Assembly: GCA_046292385.1 (NCBI GenBank)
Contig: JBKBRF010000004.1
Span: 96,001 to 160,000 of the forward strand
Source: Armatimonadota bacterium
GTDB lineage: Bacteria; Armatimonadota; SYMT01
Direction of reading: 5' to 3'
DNA: 64,000 bases
Position numbers and translations under genes: made by a program. This document shows, one piece after another, positions 9,780-19,181 of this stretch (positions are counted from its first letter, which is position 1; each line of letters opens with the position of its first letter). The notes beneath the pieces were generated by a model. The model was not told the origin of the DNA. It ran no database searches and saw only the letters and a list, made by a program, of their open reading frames with translations.

Positions 9780-11948
9780 ATGCGAACGCCAGCGGTAACC
9801 GGTCTCCTCTTCGCCTTCGCGCTCGTGGCTCCCGCCTGGTCCCAGGCGCTGCCGCGCATTGCGGCGCTCTACCCGCCGGGAGCCCGTGCCGGCAGCACGC
9901 TCGACGTGGCGATCCGCGGCGGCGGCCTGGACGGCGCGCACTCGATCCTCGTGGAGGGGAGCGGTCTCACAGCGACGCTGAACGCGGCCGACGTGAAGGT
10001 CGATCCCGAAGATCAGAAGGTCTTCACCGCCAAGTGCGGCCTCTGCCACGAGCTGCGCGGCCCGGCGAACATCAGCCGCACGGCCGACCAGTGGGTGGCG
10101 ACGGTCGACCGCATGATCCGGGACCGGAGCGCGCCGATCGAGCCCGCGGAGCGGGAGAAGATCGTCAATTACATGCGCGCCGCCGCGCGGGCCGCCGCCG
10201 GTCTGACGGCGCGGATCACCGTCGCGCCGGACGCCGCGCCGGGACGTCGGGAGCTGCGAGTGGTGGGCGCCAACGGCGCCTCTACGATCTTCCCGTTCGA
10301 AGTGACTGCGGAGCCGGAAGCGCTGGAAGTGGAGCCGAACGACGAGCCGGCGAAGGCGCCGAGCATCAGCCTGCCGGTGACGATCAGCGGCCAGCTGGGC
10401 GCGGCGCGGGACACCGACAGCTTTGCGTTCGACGCGAAGCAAGGCCAGCGGCTCGTCTTCAACTGCAGCGCCTACCGCCTGAACGCCGCCAGCCAGGAGT
10501 ACTTCTATCCGGTGCTGCTGCTCTACGACGCGCAGGGCCGGGAGCTGGCGAAGAACCAGGGCTACTTCGACCTCGACCCGCTGATCGACTGGACCGCCCC
10601 GGCGGACGGCCGCTACGTGGTGCAGGTGCGGGACATGCTCTACCGCGGCTCGCCCGCCACGATCTACCGCCTCACCGCCGGCGCGCTCCCGTACAACACC
10701 TACCTGTTCCCTGCGGGCGGGCAGGCGGGCGCCACCACCACCGCGACGCTGGCCGGGGAGAACATGGCGCCGGTGGAAGTGCCGGTGGCGATCCCCGGAG
10801 ATGCTTCCCCGGGCCTGCGGATGATCAGCACGCCGCGCGGCCTGTTCCCGTTCGTGGTCGGCCGGGGCGCCGAGCTGACGGAGAGCAGCGAGAATACCGT
10901 GATCCCGGCATTTCCGGTGAACTTGAACGGCCGGCTGGAGGCGGCGGACCAGCCGGACCGCTACTCCTTCCACCTGGAGAAGGATCAGCTCGGCACCTTC
11001 AGCTTCGAGATCTTCGCGGACCGGATCGCTTCTCCGGTGGTGGGGCGTCTGGTGCTGCGCGATGCCAAGGGGCAGGTGCTGCAGACCGCCGCCTCCAACG
11101 CGGGGCAGCCGGACCCGCGGCTCGACTATACCTTTGGCAGCGCCGGCGACTACGTGCTGGAGGTCTCCGACGCCGCCGGGAAGCACGGGCCCGCCCACGT
11201 CTACCGGGTGGCCGCCGGACCGGCGGAGCCGGACTTCGAGCTCACCCTCAGCCCGGACAACCCGAACCTGAGCCCGGGTGCCTCGGTCTACCTCGCCGTG
11301 AACGTGCGTCGGCGCGTGAACGTCACGGGCGAGATCGAGGTGACGTTCCCGAAGCTTCCGGCCGGGGTCACCGCCAGCCGCTGCGTCGTCCCCGCCGGCG
11401 AAGGCCGCGGTCACATGGTGCTCACCGCCGCGCCGGACGCCAAACCGGGAACGGTGCTGGCGGTCTCCGCGCGTGGAACGGCGGAGGTGGGCGGCCGGAC
11501 GGTCGTGCGGGACGCGATCCCGGTGGAGATCTTCAGGATCAATAACAATCCGGTCTCTTCCTTCCGCTCGCACATGGTCGTCAGCGTCGGCAGCGAGTCC
11601 GGCTGGCGCGTGACGCTGGCCCCGAAGAGCACCCGGCTTTCGGCCGGGGATGAGCCGATCGAGGTGGTGGCGCGGATCGACCGCCGCGGCGCGGGCGGCA
11701 ACATTGCCTTCGGAGTGGTGGGCGCGCCGAACGGAGTGCGCGTGCCGGGAACGATCGTCTTCCGGAATGGGAGCGACGAAGCTACCTTCACCATCACCCC
11801 GACCAACGGTGGCATCTTCTCCCGGAACGGTGAAAAGCCGGCGCCAGAGAGGAAGTTCATGCTGATGCTGGTAAATGGTCAGGAAGGCACGCAGATGCAG
11901 ATGTGCAGCCCCCCGATCGAGATCACCGCCAATCCCGCCGCACCGTAG
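9780..11948 (+). CDS. PPC (pre-peptidase C-terminal) multi-domain protein with inserted c-type heme domain
   Basis: Signal peptide, EVEPND motif, DTDSFAFDAKQGQRL, DPLIDWTAPADGRYVVQVRD, DPRLDYTFGSAGDYVLEV. CGLCH at 10035-10049. Confidence 0.82.
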   Translation: MRTPAVTGLLFAFALVAPAWSQALPRIAALYPPGARAGSTLDVAIRGGGLDGAHSILVEGSGLTATLNAADVKVDPEDQKVFTAKCGLCHELRGPANISRTADQWVATVDRMIRDRSAPIEPAEREKIVNYMRAAARAAAGLTARITVAPDAAPGRRELRVVGANGASTIFPFEVTAEPEALEVEPNDEPAKAPSISLPVTISGQLGAARDTDSFAFDAKQGQRLVFNCSAYRLNAASQEYFYPVLLLYDAQGRELAKNQGYFDLDPLIDWTAPADGRYVVQVRDMLYRGSPATIYRLTAGALPYNTYLFPAGGQAGATTTATLAGENMAPVEVPVAIPGDASPGLRMISTPRGLFPFVVGRGAELTESSENTVIPAFPVNLNGRLEAADQPDRYSFHLEKDQLGTFSFEIFADRIASPVVGRLVLRDAKGQVLQTAASNAGQPDPRLDYTFGSAGDYVLEVSDAAGKHGPAHVYRVAAGPAEPDFELTLSPDNPNLSPGASVYLAVNVRRRVNVTGEIEVTFPKLPAGVTASRCVVPAGEGRGHMVLTAAPDAKPGTVLAVSARGTAEVGGRTVVRDAIPVEIFRINNNPVSSFRSHMVVSVGSESGWRVTLAPKSTRLSAGDEPIEVVARIDRRGAGGNIAFGVVGAPNGVRVPGTIVFRNGSDEATFTITPTNGGIFSRNGEKPAPERKFMLMLVNGQEGTQMQMCSPPIEITANPAAP

Positions 11949-11978
11949 GGGGTGGGCGAGAAGGTCTGCCGGGTTCCC

Positions 11979-12029
11979 GCCTCGGACTGAAGTCGAGGCT
12001 ACTGAGAGCGAAGCCCGCCTGCGCGGGCT
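11979..12029. repeat. REP-like double hairpin
   Basis: GCCTCGGACTGAAGTCGAGGC followed by AGCCCGC-CTGC-GCGGGCT. Confidence 0.5.
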
Positions 12030-12110
12030 AAGACCTGCCGGTCCGAAAAGCTCGCGCTACTTCCTTCCTACCCCATCGCCGCTGTTCGCTCCCGCGCTCT
12101 CCCGAAACCG

Positions 12111-13421
12111 ATGAACGTGCTGTGGGTGGTGATCGACTGCCTGCGCCGGGACCACCTCGGCTGCTACGGTTACCACCGTCCGACGTCGCCGCATCTCGAC
12201 CGGCTGGCGCGGGAGTGCGTGCTCTTCGACCAGCTCATCAGCCCCCACATCCCGACGCAGCCGGCGCATACCACCCTTTTTTCCGGTCGAGACGTTTTCG
12301 CCCACCGGATCGTGGCGCAGGGCGGCCGTCAGGAGCTCGACCCGGCGGTCCGCCTGCTGCCGTCACTCCTGCGAGATCGGGGCTGGTTCACGGCGGCGGT
12401 CGACAACATCGGGCGCTGGATCGAGCCGGCGTTCGAGCGGTACGAGATGTATCCGCGCTGGAATCACGACGGCAGCCTGCCGTGGCGGAACGGCGAGGAG
12501 GTGACCCGGCTGGCACTGGAGATCCTGGCGGAGACCCGGCGCGACGCGGCCCGGCCGTTCTTCCTCTTTCTCCACTACTGGGACCCGCACACCCCATACC
12601 TGCCGCCGCCGCCGTTCGACCGCATGTTCTACACCGGGGACGAGCTGGATCCGTCCCATACCGGCATGGAGCCGGTCTGGCGCTCCCCCTGGTTTGCCAA
12701 CTACTTCTCCGAGTGGCTGGAAGGGGTCCGCGACATCGAGTTCGTGAAGGCGCAGTACGACGCGAGCATCGCCTACGCCGATCGCTGCCTGGCCGACGTC
12801 TTCCAGCGCCTGGACGAGCTCGACCTCTGGGACGACACCCTGGTGCTGGTGCAGTCGGATCACGGGGAGGAGCTGGACGATCACGGCTGCTGGTTCGACC
12901 ACCACGGGCTCTACGATACGAACGTCCGCGTGCCGCTGCTGCTGCGGCTCCCCGGCCGCAAGCACGCGGGGCGGCGCGTGCCGGTGCTCGCCTCGGTCAC
13001 CGATCTCGCCCCCACCGTCCTCGATCTACTCGGCCTGCCGGGAGTGGCGGAGGGGATGGACGGCGACTCGCTCCTGCCGGCGATCGGGCGTAACGCGACC
13101 GCGCGGGAGCACGTCTACCTCACCGAGTGCACCTGGATGCGGAAGCGCGGCTGGCGGACCGCGGAGTGGAAGCTCATCGAGGCGCTGGAGCCGGACATCT
13201 ACGGGAAGCCGCCCCTCGAGCTCTACCACCTGGGCGGGGACCCGGAAGAGCAGCGGAACCTGGCGGAAGCGGAGCCGGAAGTGGTAGCGAGGCTCCGATC
13301 AGCGAGGGACGCGCACGTGGCACGCCGGCTGGCGGAGACCGGCGGCGTCGATCCGGTGGTCGATCAGGCCGACGCGCTCCGGATCTGGCAACCACGGTTC
13401 ATAGCGGGCAAGAAGGGGTAA
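12111..13421 (+). CDS. Sulfatase-like hydrolase/transferase (alkaline phosphatase superfamily, Thr at nucleophile position)
   Basis: NVLWVVIDCLRRDHL, PTQPAHTTLFSG, PFFLFLHYWDPHTPY, SDHGEE, VRVPLLLR, ELYHLGGDPEEQRNL. Confidence 0.85.
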   Translation: MNVLWVVIDCLRRDHLGCYGYHRPTSPHLDRLARECVLFDQLISPHIPTQPAHTTLFSGRDVFAHRIVAQGGRQELDPAVRLLPSLLRDRGWFTAAVDNIGRWIEPAFERYEMYPRWNHDGSLPWRNGEEVTRLALEILAETRRDAARPFFLFLHYWDPHTPYLPPPPFDRMFYTGDELDPSHTGMEPVWRSPWFANYFSEWLEGVRDIEFVKAQYDASIAYADRCLADVFQRLDELDLWDDTLVLVQSDHGEELDDHGCWFDHHGLYDTNVRVPLLLRLPGRKHAGRRVPVLASVTDLAPTVLDLLGLPGVAEGMDGDSLLPAIGRNATAREHVYLTECTWMRKRGWRTAEWKLIEALEPDIYGKPPLELYHLGGDPEEQRNLAEAEPEVVARLRSARDAHVARRLAETGGVDPVVDQADALRIWQPRFIAGKKG

Positions 13422-13573
13422 CCATGGATGTGCCGGGGAGAGCAATCCCCTCCCGGCTCCGCCCATCGGCCCGGCACTCGTCAAGAAGTGCCCACTAGTT
13501 GCCCTGACGGGCGTATGCTACACTGTTTTCCGCCTCGACTCGGACCGCCCGCCCGGTAGCTCCGGAGGATCCA

Positions 13574-15460
13574 ATGAGCAGTAGGGTTCCCCGACCACCC
13601 GCCAGTCGCATCTTTCAGATTCTCGTGCCTCTTGGTCTTCTCGCCAGCACGGCCGCGGTGGTCGCGCGAGATGCGGAAGAGGGGAGCGTTCTCCCCCCGG
13701 CTGCCCCCCGGTCCGACTCCGCCGCTGCCGCCCCGCCGGCTGATCCCGCGGCTCCGGCGCTGAAGGTGAAGAAGGGGCTCCAGGTGGCGCTCCTCGGAGT
13801 CGGGGCGGAGCCATATACCTGGCTCAAGCCGGGGCGGCTTCCGAAGACGTTCCTGACGAACGGCGCGGAGGGGCTCGATCTCCGCGCGGAGGCGAAGCTC
13901 GCCGGTCCGGCCGATCTGCTGAAGCGCGTGGTCTGGGAGATCCTCCCTCCCGCCGGCTTCCAGGTGCCGGCCGGCACGGTGCTGACCGGCCCCCGCCTCT
14001 CCCTCCGCCTGCAGCGGCCCGGCGGAAACCCGACCGGCCAGGGTGAGCCGCTCATCCTGACGGTGACCGCGCGCATCCCCGACGGCGACAGCGAGTATCG
14101 GGAGAGCGTGACGGTGATGCAAGACCTGCGCGACCGCCTGCGACAGGAATATGTCGACCTGGCGCGAAGCTGGGTGCCGGCGCGGGCCGACCTGATGGAC
14201 GAGACCGAGTTCCAGCGCCGCTTCGGCAAGAAGTACCCGGGCGTCGCGTTCAGCGAGATCAACTTCAGCCGGATCCCCGGCCGGGGCGAGGAGCGGTATC
14301 CGGTGGTGCTCGCCGCGGAAGAGCTGGTCAGCTCGCTCCATCGCATGGAGAAGATCTACGGCCGGGAGCTGATTGTCTCCAGCGGCTTCCGCAATCCGGT
14401 GCGGCAGGTGGAGGTGCACGGCTCCGTGGCGGAAAGCCACCACCAGTACGGGCGTGCGGCCGATCTCTATGTGGTGCCGGACAGCGCGCCGCCGAAGACG
14501 GGCCGGGACGTGGCCTGGCCGAATGACTGGCTGCGTCTCGCCGCGGCGGCGGTCCGCGGGGGCGGCGCCTGGATCGAGCCGATGGAAGTGTGCAACGTGA
14601 ACACGGCGGGGTGCCACGTGCACGTCGACGTGCGGCCTTCCGGCGCCCGCAGCCAGGTCGTGCGGGTGAACGGCACCGTGCAGGACGAGGCGGGCCGTCC
14701 GATCGTCGGCGCTACGGTGAAGCTCGCCGGGATGCCCGCCACGACCGACGAGCGGGGCGCCTACACGCTGAAGCACGTGCTGACGCCCCGGCAGTATGAG
14801 CTGGTGGTGGAGGCGGCGGGACGCGGCGAGATCAAGCAGACGGTGAATGTCTCCGGAGAGACGCTGACCGCCTCCATCCGGGTGCCTTCCAACCCGCAGC
14901 CGTTCCTGGTGGCGCGCCTCGCCGGTGCGGAGCTCGCCTCTCGCGGCGGAACGGTCCAGATCGCCGTCCGCAACGCCGGCGGCTCCGCTGCGCGCCAGCT
15001 CGAGCTGGAGACCGCGGCGATGCACGAGCAGCCGCGCCCGCTCCCGGAGATGTCGCCGGAGGAGCTTCCGGCGCTCCAGCCGGGGGAAGAGGTGATGGTG
15101 AACGTAGAGGTGCCGGAGGCGACGCTGGCCGCGAGCGCGCTGAAGGGGAGCCGTCTCCCGCTGCAGCTCCGCCTGAGCTACCGCACCCCGGACGGCGTGC
15201 CGCGTGCCCAGCGCCTTCCGCTGGAGGTTGCGCTGCGGCAGTCGAAACCCGCGCAGGCTTCCGAGAAGAAGTCGTCCGGACCCGAAGCGGGCACGCTGGC
15301 GGGCGGGGCGGTGGCCGGCGGTGTAGCGGCTGCGGCGGCCGCGGCGACCGCGAAGCGGCGGAGCGCGAAGAAAGAAGCCCCCGCCGAACCCGAGAAGCCG
15401 GCCGCCGAAGCGGAGTCCTCGATCCTGCCGGAGAACGTTACCGCGCCCCAGCCGGAGTAG
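13574..15460 (+). CDS. Peptidase M15 (D-Ala-D-Ala carboxypeptidase-like) domain protein with carboxypeptidase-regulatory-like and Ig-like domains
   Basis: SSGFRNP, SHHQYGRAADL, HVHVDVR zinc ligands. VNGTVQDEAGRPIVGATV...TTDERGAY. Hydrophobic segments at both ends. Confidence 0.8.
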   Translation: MSSRVPRPPASRIFQILVPLGLLASTAAVVARDAEEGSVLPPAAPRSDSAAAAPPADPAAPALKVKKGLQVALLGVGAEPYTWLKPGRLPKTFLTNGAEGLDLRAEAKLAGPADLLKRVVWEILPPAGFQVPAGTVLTGPRLSLRLQRPGGNPTGQGEPLILTVTARIPDGDSEYRESVTVMQDLRDRLRQEYVDLARSWVPARADLMDETEFQRRFGKKYPGVAFSEINFSRIPGRGEERYPVVLAAEELVSSLHRMEKIYGRELIVSSGFRNPVRQVEVHGSVAESHHQYGRAADLYVVPDSAPPKTGRDVAWPNDWLRLAAAAVRGGGAWIEPMEVCNVNTAGCHVHVDVRPSGARSQVVRVNGTVQDEAGRPIVGATVKLAGMPATTDERGAYTLKHVLTPRQYELVVEAAGRGEIKQTVNVSGETLTASIRVPSNPQPFLVARLAGAELASRGGTVQIAVRNAGGSAARQLELETAAMHEQPRPLPEMSPEELPALQPGEEVMVNVEVPEATLAASALKGSRLPLQLRLSYRTPDGVPRAQRLPLEVALRQSKPAQASEKKSSGPEAGTLAGGAVAGGVAAAAAAATAKRRSAKKEAPAEPEKPAAEAESSILPENVTAPQPE

Positions 15461-15492
15461 GGGCGCGGCGTTCACAAGATACTCACGCCAGG

Positions 15493-15532
15493 CTTCCCCG
15501 CCCTACTACCCAGCGGTGGGAGGGCGGGGAAG
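15493..15532. terminator. Hairpin between convergent genes
   Basis: CTTCCCCGCCCT...AGGGCGGGGAAG 12-bp stem. Confidence 0.55.
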
Positions 15533-15538
15533 TGACGG

Positions 15539-16120
15539 TCATGCCTCGAGGTCGGCCCAGACTTCCGCCAGGGGGAGCTCCAGACCCGGGAAGCTCTCCG
15601 ACGTCACCTGCTCGTCACCGCGGAATGTCCGCACGGTGGTGAAGCCAGCTTCCGTCCGGCGCCGCACTTCGAGAGTGCGCGCGTCGTAGTCGACGTACCA
15701 CAGCTCTTCCAGGCCGGCGCGGTGGAACAGGGCCTCGCGGTCCTCGCGGGAGGCCCGCAGGTTCGACGGTGAGAGCACCTCGACCGCGAGAGTCGCCTGC
15801 GTCACGCGCTCTCCGCGGTGGGTGGGCACCTGCTCCGGCCGGAGGTAGAGCAGATCCGGATCGAGGTAGTTGTGCGCGCCGTAGTAGATCCCGGTCTGCG
15901 CACTGAGGATCCGGCCCAACTTGCGGGCACGCACCCACGGACTGAGGAGATCGGCCAGGTTCTGCGCCACGGCGCCGTGCGGCCAGGCGGGCATCGGAGC
16001 CATGTAGACCACTCCCTCCACGAGCTCATAGCGGTATCCCGCCGGAAGCCCATCCAACTCCTCAGCGCGCCAGACGTGATCGGATACCGTGGTGGTTCGC
16101 TGCAAGACCGCTTGCGCCAT
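15539..16120 (-). CDS. Uma2 (DUF820) family putative endonuclease
   Basis: RYELVEG, P..PH, PDLLY, LAVEVLSPS, ELWYVD, FPGLELPLAEVW. Confidence 0.9.
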   Translation of the reverse strand: MAQAVLQRTTTVSDHVWRAEELDGLPAGYRYELVEGVVYMAPMPAWPHGAVAQNLADLLSPWVRARKLGRILSAQTGIYYGAHNYLDPDLLYLRPEQVPTHRGERVTQATLAVEVLSPSNLRASREDREALFHRAGLEELWYVDYDARTLEVRRRTEAGFTTVRTFRGDEQVTSESFPGLELPLAEVWADLEA

Positions 16121-16130
16121 GTCGCCGCTC

Positions 16131-16151
16131 CTGGACCCTGGACCCTGGACC
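16131..16151. repeat. Heptamer tandem repeat (CTGGACC)3
   Basis: Three perfect copies abutting the ispG stop codon. Confidence 0.8.
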
Positions 16152-17387
16152 CTAAGCAGGATCTTCCCACTTTCCGTCGGCCTTGATCAGGGCGATCAGC
16201 TCCTCTACGCCGCGGTCGGCGGGGATCATGTTCTTCACCACCTCGCGGCCGCGGTAGAGGGAGATCAGGTTCATGCCCTTGCCGACGTAGCCGTAGTCGG
16301 CGTCGGCCATCTCGCCCGGGCCGTTGACGATGCAGCCCATGACGGCGATGTTCAGGCCCTTCAGGTGCCCGGTCGCCTGCCGCACTTCGTTGAGTACCGT
16401 GGGGAGGTCGAACTTGGTCCGGCCGCAGCTCGGGCAGGCGATGAACTCCGTCTTGGTGCGCCGCAGCCCGAGGCCCTGGAGGATGTCGTAGCAGACGGTG
16501 ATCTCGTTCACCGGGTCCTCGGAGAGTGAGACCCGAATGGTGTCGCCGATCCCCTCGGAGAGGAGCGTGGCGATGCCCGCGGTCGACTTGATCCGCGCGT
16601 ACATCCCGTCGCCCGCCTCGGTGACGCCGAGGTGGAGCGGATAGCTCATGCCGCGCTCTTCCATGCGGCGCACCATCAGCCGGTTCGCCTGGATCATCAC
16701 CGGCACCCGCGAGGCCTTGAGCGATACGACGATATTCCGGAAGTCGTGCCGCTCGCAGATCTCGATGAACTCCAGGGCCGACTGAACCATGCCCTCCGGC
16801 GTGTCGCCGTACATCACCGTCAGGCGGTCCGAGAGGGAGCCGTGGTTGACTCCGATCCGCAGGGCGATGTCCCGCTCCTTCAGCCGCTGGATCAGCGGGA
16901 CGAGCGACTCCTCGATGGCGGCACGGGCCTCGGCGATCTCCTCGTCGGTGTACTCGAAACCGGCGCTGCGCTTGCGAAAGACGTAGAGGCCCGGGTTGAT
17001 CCGGATCTTGTCGACGTAGTTCGCTACCTCCAGCGCGATCTGTTGGCCTTCGTGGTGCACGTCGGCGACCAGCGGCACGGAGACGCCGCGGCGCTCCAAC
17101 TCGGCGCGGATGTCGCCGATCGCGTGTGCGTCCCGCAGGCTGGGCGCCGTGACGCGCACTAGCTCGCAGCCCGCCTCGGCAAGCTGGATGATCTGCCGGA
17201 CCGCGGCCTCCGTATTACGGGTGTCCTCGGTGATCATCGACTGCACCAGCGCCGGCGCCATCCCGCCGATGGTGTGCGGCCCCACCTTGACCGGACGGGT
17301 CCAGCGGCGGGGATACTCCATCTCGGGAAGGCTCGCGGCGCTCTCCGGCGCGCCGGTGGGAGTGTTCAGCGTGATCAGGTCTAGCAC
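16152..17387 (-). CDS. ispG: (E)-4-hydroxy-3-methylbut-2-enyl-diphosphate synthase
   Basis: [64 protein letters not shown]. Confidence 0.97.
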   Translation of the reverse strand: MLDLITLNTPTGAPESAASLPEMEYPRRWTRPVKVGPHTIGGMAPALVQSMITEDTRNTEAAVRQIIQLAEAGCELVRVTAPSLRDAHAIGDIRAELERRGVSVPLVADVHHEGQQIALEVANYVDKIRINPGLYVFRKRSAGFEYTDEEIAEARAAIEESLVPLIQRLKERDIALRIGVNHGSLSDRLTVMYGDTPEGMVQSALEFIEICERHDFRNIVVSLKASRVPVMIQANRLMVRRMEERGMSYPLHLGVTEAGDGMYARIKSTAGIATLLSEGIGDTIRVSLSEDPVNEITVCYDILQGLGLRRTKTEFIACPSCGRTKFDLPTVLNEVRQATGHLKGLNIAVMGCIVNGPGEMADADYGYVGKGMNLISLYRGREVVKNMIPADRGVEELIALIKADGKWEDPA

Positions 17388-17473
17388 GTTCTCATCCTCT
17401 CGAGACGGGGTGGGGCAGGGGCGGTGGAGCGCCGCGGAGCGGGCAAAACAACCAGTAGATTATAGCCGGAAAC

Positions 17474-17517
17474 GCGCAGCGCCTCCCGCGCCGGGTGGGC
17501 GGCGGGAGGCGCTGCGC
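17474..17517. terminator. Long GC hairpin downstream of the LVIVD gene
   Basis: GCGCAGCGCCTCCCGC...GCGGGAGGCGCTGCGC 16-bp stem. Confidence 0.55.
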
Positions 17518-17556
17518 TGCTCATGAGGCTCGCCCCGGGGGGTGGGGCGGGGGCCG

Positions 17557-18861
17557 TCAGGGGTCGAGCCGGAGGATGTAGAGTCCGCGGTTGATATCGC
17601 TGCCGAGGATGAGCCCATCTTCGGTGACGAAGACGCCCCAGAAGAGCGCGTTCTTCGGCTTGAAGGCGGCGAGAGCGCGGGGATGCTCCCGGTCCGCCAG
17701 GTCGAGCACGCGGATTCCGTCGCTGAACCAGGACATGTAAACGAGGTTGTCCTTCAGGACGGTGTTGTGGATGGAGTAGAGGCCGGGGCCGCGCTTGTTC
17801 CGGGAGTTCTTGGTGGCGTACTCGCTCAGCTTGCGCGGGTTGTCGACGTCGGAGATGTCCCACACCCGCAGGAAGCCCCAGGGGAACTTACCTTTCAGCG
17901 GGCTCAGGTTCTCGTCGGTAACGAGCATCAGGCTGTCGTCCGGCGAGAGATTGGTGGAGTGGGTGTTCCCTTCCGGGCCCGAGGGACGCAGGATATGGTG
18001 CTTCATGCGCGGGCGCGCGGGGTCGGTGAGGTCGAGGAAGACGGTGCCGGCGTCCCAGAACGAGATCACCGCCGTGTTGCCGGCTTCGTTTACGGTAGCG
18101 CTGTGCCCCCAGGGGAAGTGCCTGGAGCTGTCCTTGAACTTGCCGTCCTTGAACGCGCCCCAGTCCGCAATCTGGACCGGCTCTCGCGGGTTGGTCACCT
18201 CCACGATGCGGAAGTCGCCGTAGCTGCCCGCCTCTTCCGACTCCGGGGTCATCGCGCCGACGAACGCCCGGTCCCCCTGGCTGAAGAGGTAGAGCTCGTG
18301 GACGCCGCGGGCCTGATCGCTGCGCCGGACATCGCTGCGCCAGAACGCCAGGTGGCGAGGCTGGAACGGATCGGTCACGTCCCAGATCTCCATCCCGCGC
18401 TCGCCTGCCGTGCCATACGGGCACTGGATGCCGACTACCAGCAGGTCGCCGGTGAAGTAGGGCGTCTCGATGCGCCGGACCTCCAGGTCTTCGGCGGAAG
18501 TGCCGGGGATGCGGGCGACGCGGCCAATGGTCTTTGCCCTGGAGGGGTTGCGGATGTCGACGATCGCCACGCCCTGCGAGCTGGAGCCGACGTAGGCGAA
18601 GCCGTTGTGCGCCCACACGTCCGCCGTGTATCCGACCATGCTCACGTGACCGAGCTCGGCGATGCGCAGCTTCTCGCGCTGGGCCCGCTTCTTCGGAAGG
18701 CGCCTCACCTTCTTCGCGAGCTGCTTGGGCGGCATGCAGCAGGGGCATTTCTCCCGCTCGCCATCCGTGGAGTGGGCGCTTCCCGGGCCCGGCGCCACCA
18801 GCGCCGAGAGCGAGACCAGCGCCGCGGCTACGACGATTGCGCGCTGAAGTCGAGTCTTCAC
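17557..18861 (-). CDS. LVIVD-repeat beta-propeller secreted protein
   Basis: Signal peptide and repeats GVAIVDIRNPSRA, GMEIWDVTDPFQP, FRIVEVTNPREP, GTVFLDLTDPARP, LRVWDISDVDNP, GIRVLDLADREHP. Confidence 0.85.
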   Translation of the reverse strand: MKTRLQRAIVVAAALVSLSALVAPGPGSAHSTDGEREKCPCCMPPKQLAKKVRRLPKKRAQREKLRIAELGHVSMVGYTADVWAHNGFAYVGSSSQGVAIVDIRNPSRAKTIGRVARIPGTSAEDLEVRRIETPYFTGDLLVVGIQCPYGTAGERGMEIWDVTDPFQPRHLAFWRSDVRRSDQARGVHELYLFSQGDRAFVGAMTPESEEAGSYGDFRIVEVTNPREPVQIADWGAFKDGKFKDSSRHFPWGHSATVNEAGNTAVISFWDAGTVFLDLTDPARPRMKHHILRPSGPEGNTHSTNLSPDDSLMLVTDENLSPLKGKFPWGFLRVWDISDVDNPRKLSEYATKNSRNKRGPGLYSIHNTVLKDNLVYMSWFSDGIRVLDLADREHPRALAAFKPKNALFWGVFVTEDGLILGSDINRGLYILRLDP

Positions 18862-19020
18862 ACCTGCTCCTTCGGCCGGTCCGAGGGGTAGCGCCCGCTC
18901 GATCTCCCCGGGAGGGGCAGAAGGGGGAGCGCCAGGACCGGCTCACCCCCTATCATTGGCATACCAGACGGACTTCTCTAGCGGAGAGGCCGGTAATCGG
19001 TCTCCGCGCGTCTGCGGCAG

Positions 19021-19058
19021 AAAAGCAGAGAGGCAGCCCGGCTAGGGGCTGCCTCTGC
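19021..19058 (-). terminator. Probable intrinsic terminator of the atp operon
   Basis: On the minus strand AGAGGCAGCCC-loop-GGGCTGCCTCT followed by CTGCTTTT. Confidence 0.6.
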
Positions 19059-19181
19059 GGGGGTTGGGGAGAGGACGTCTGAAGGATGAAGGATGAGCGA
19101 TGAGGGATGAATCCGAACCTGCTGGGACGGACACTCCTACTCTTACTCGAAAGCGCTCCGGGGAGGCTGCTGCCCTGGGGA

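Noticed and set aside
5207..11573. Long antisense ORFs (5207..6871, 7334..9859, 9621..11573) and similar shadows across the window
   Set aside because: They overlap well-supported genes on the opposite strand, have no recognisable motifs, and are expected in high-GC DNA.
15539..16120. Uma2 gene as part of a restriction or defence system
   Set aside because: It is a solitary gene with no methyltransferase or other defence partner. Such genes are common scattered paralogues.
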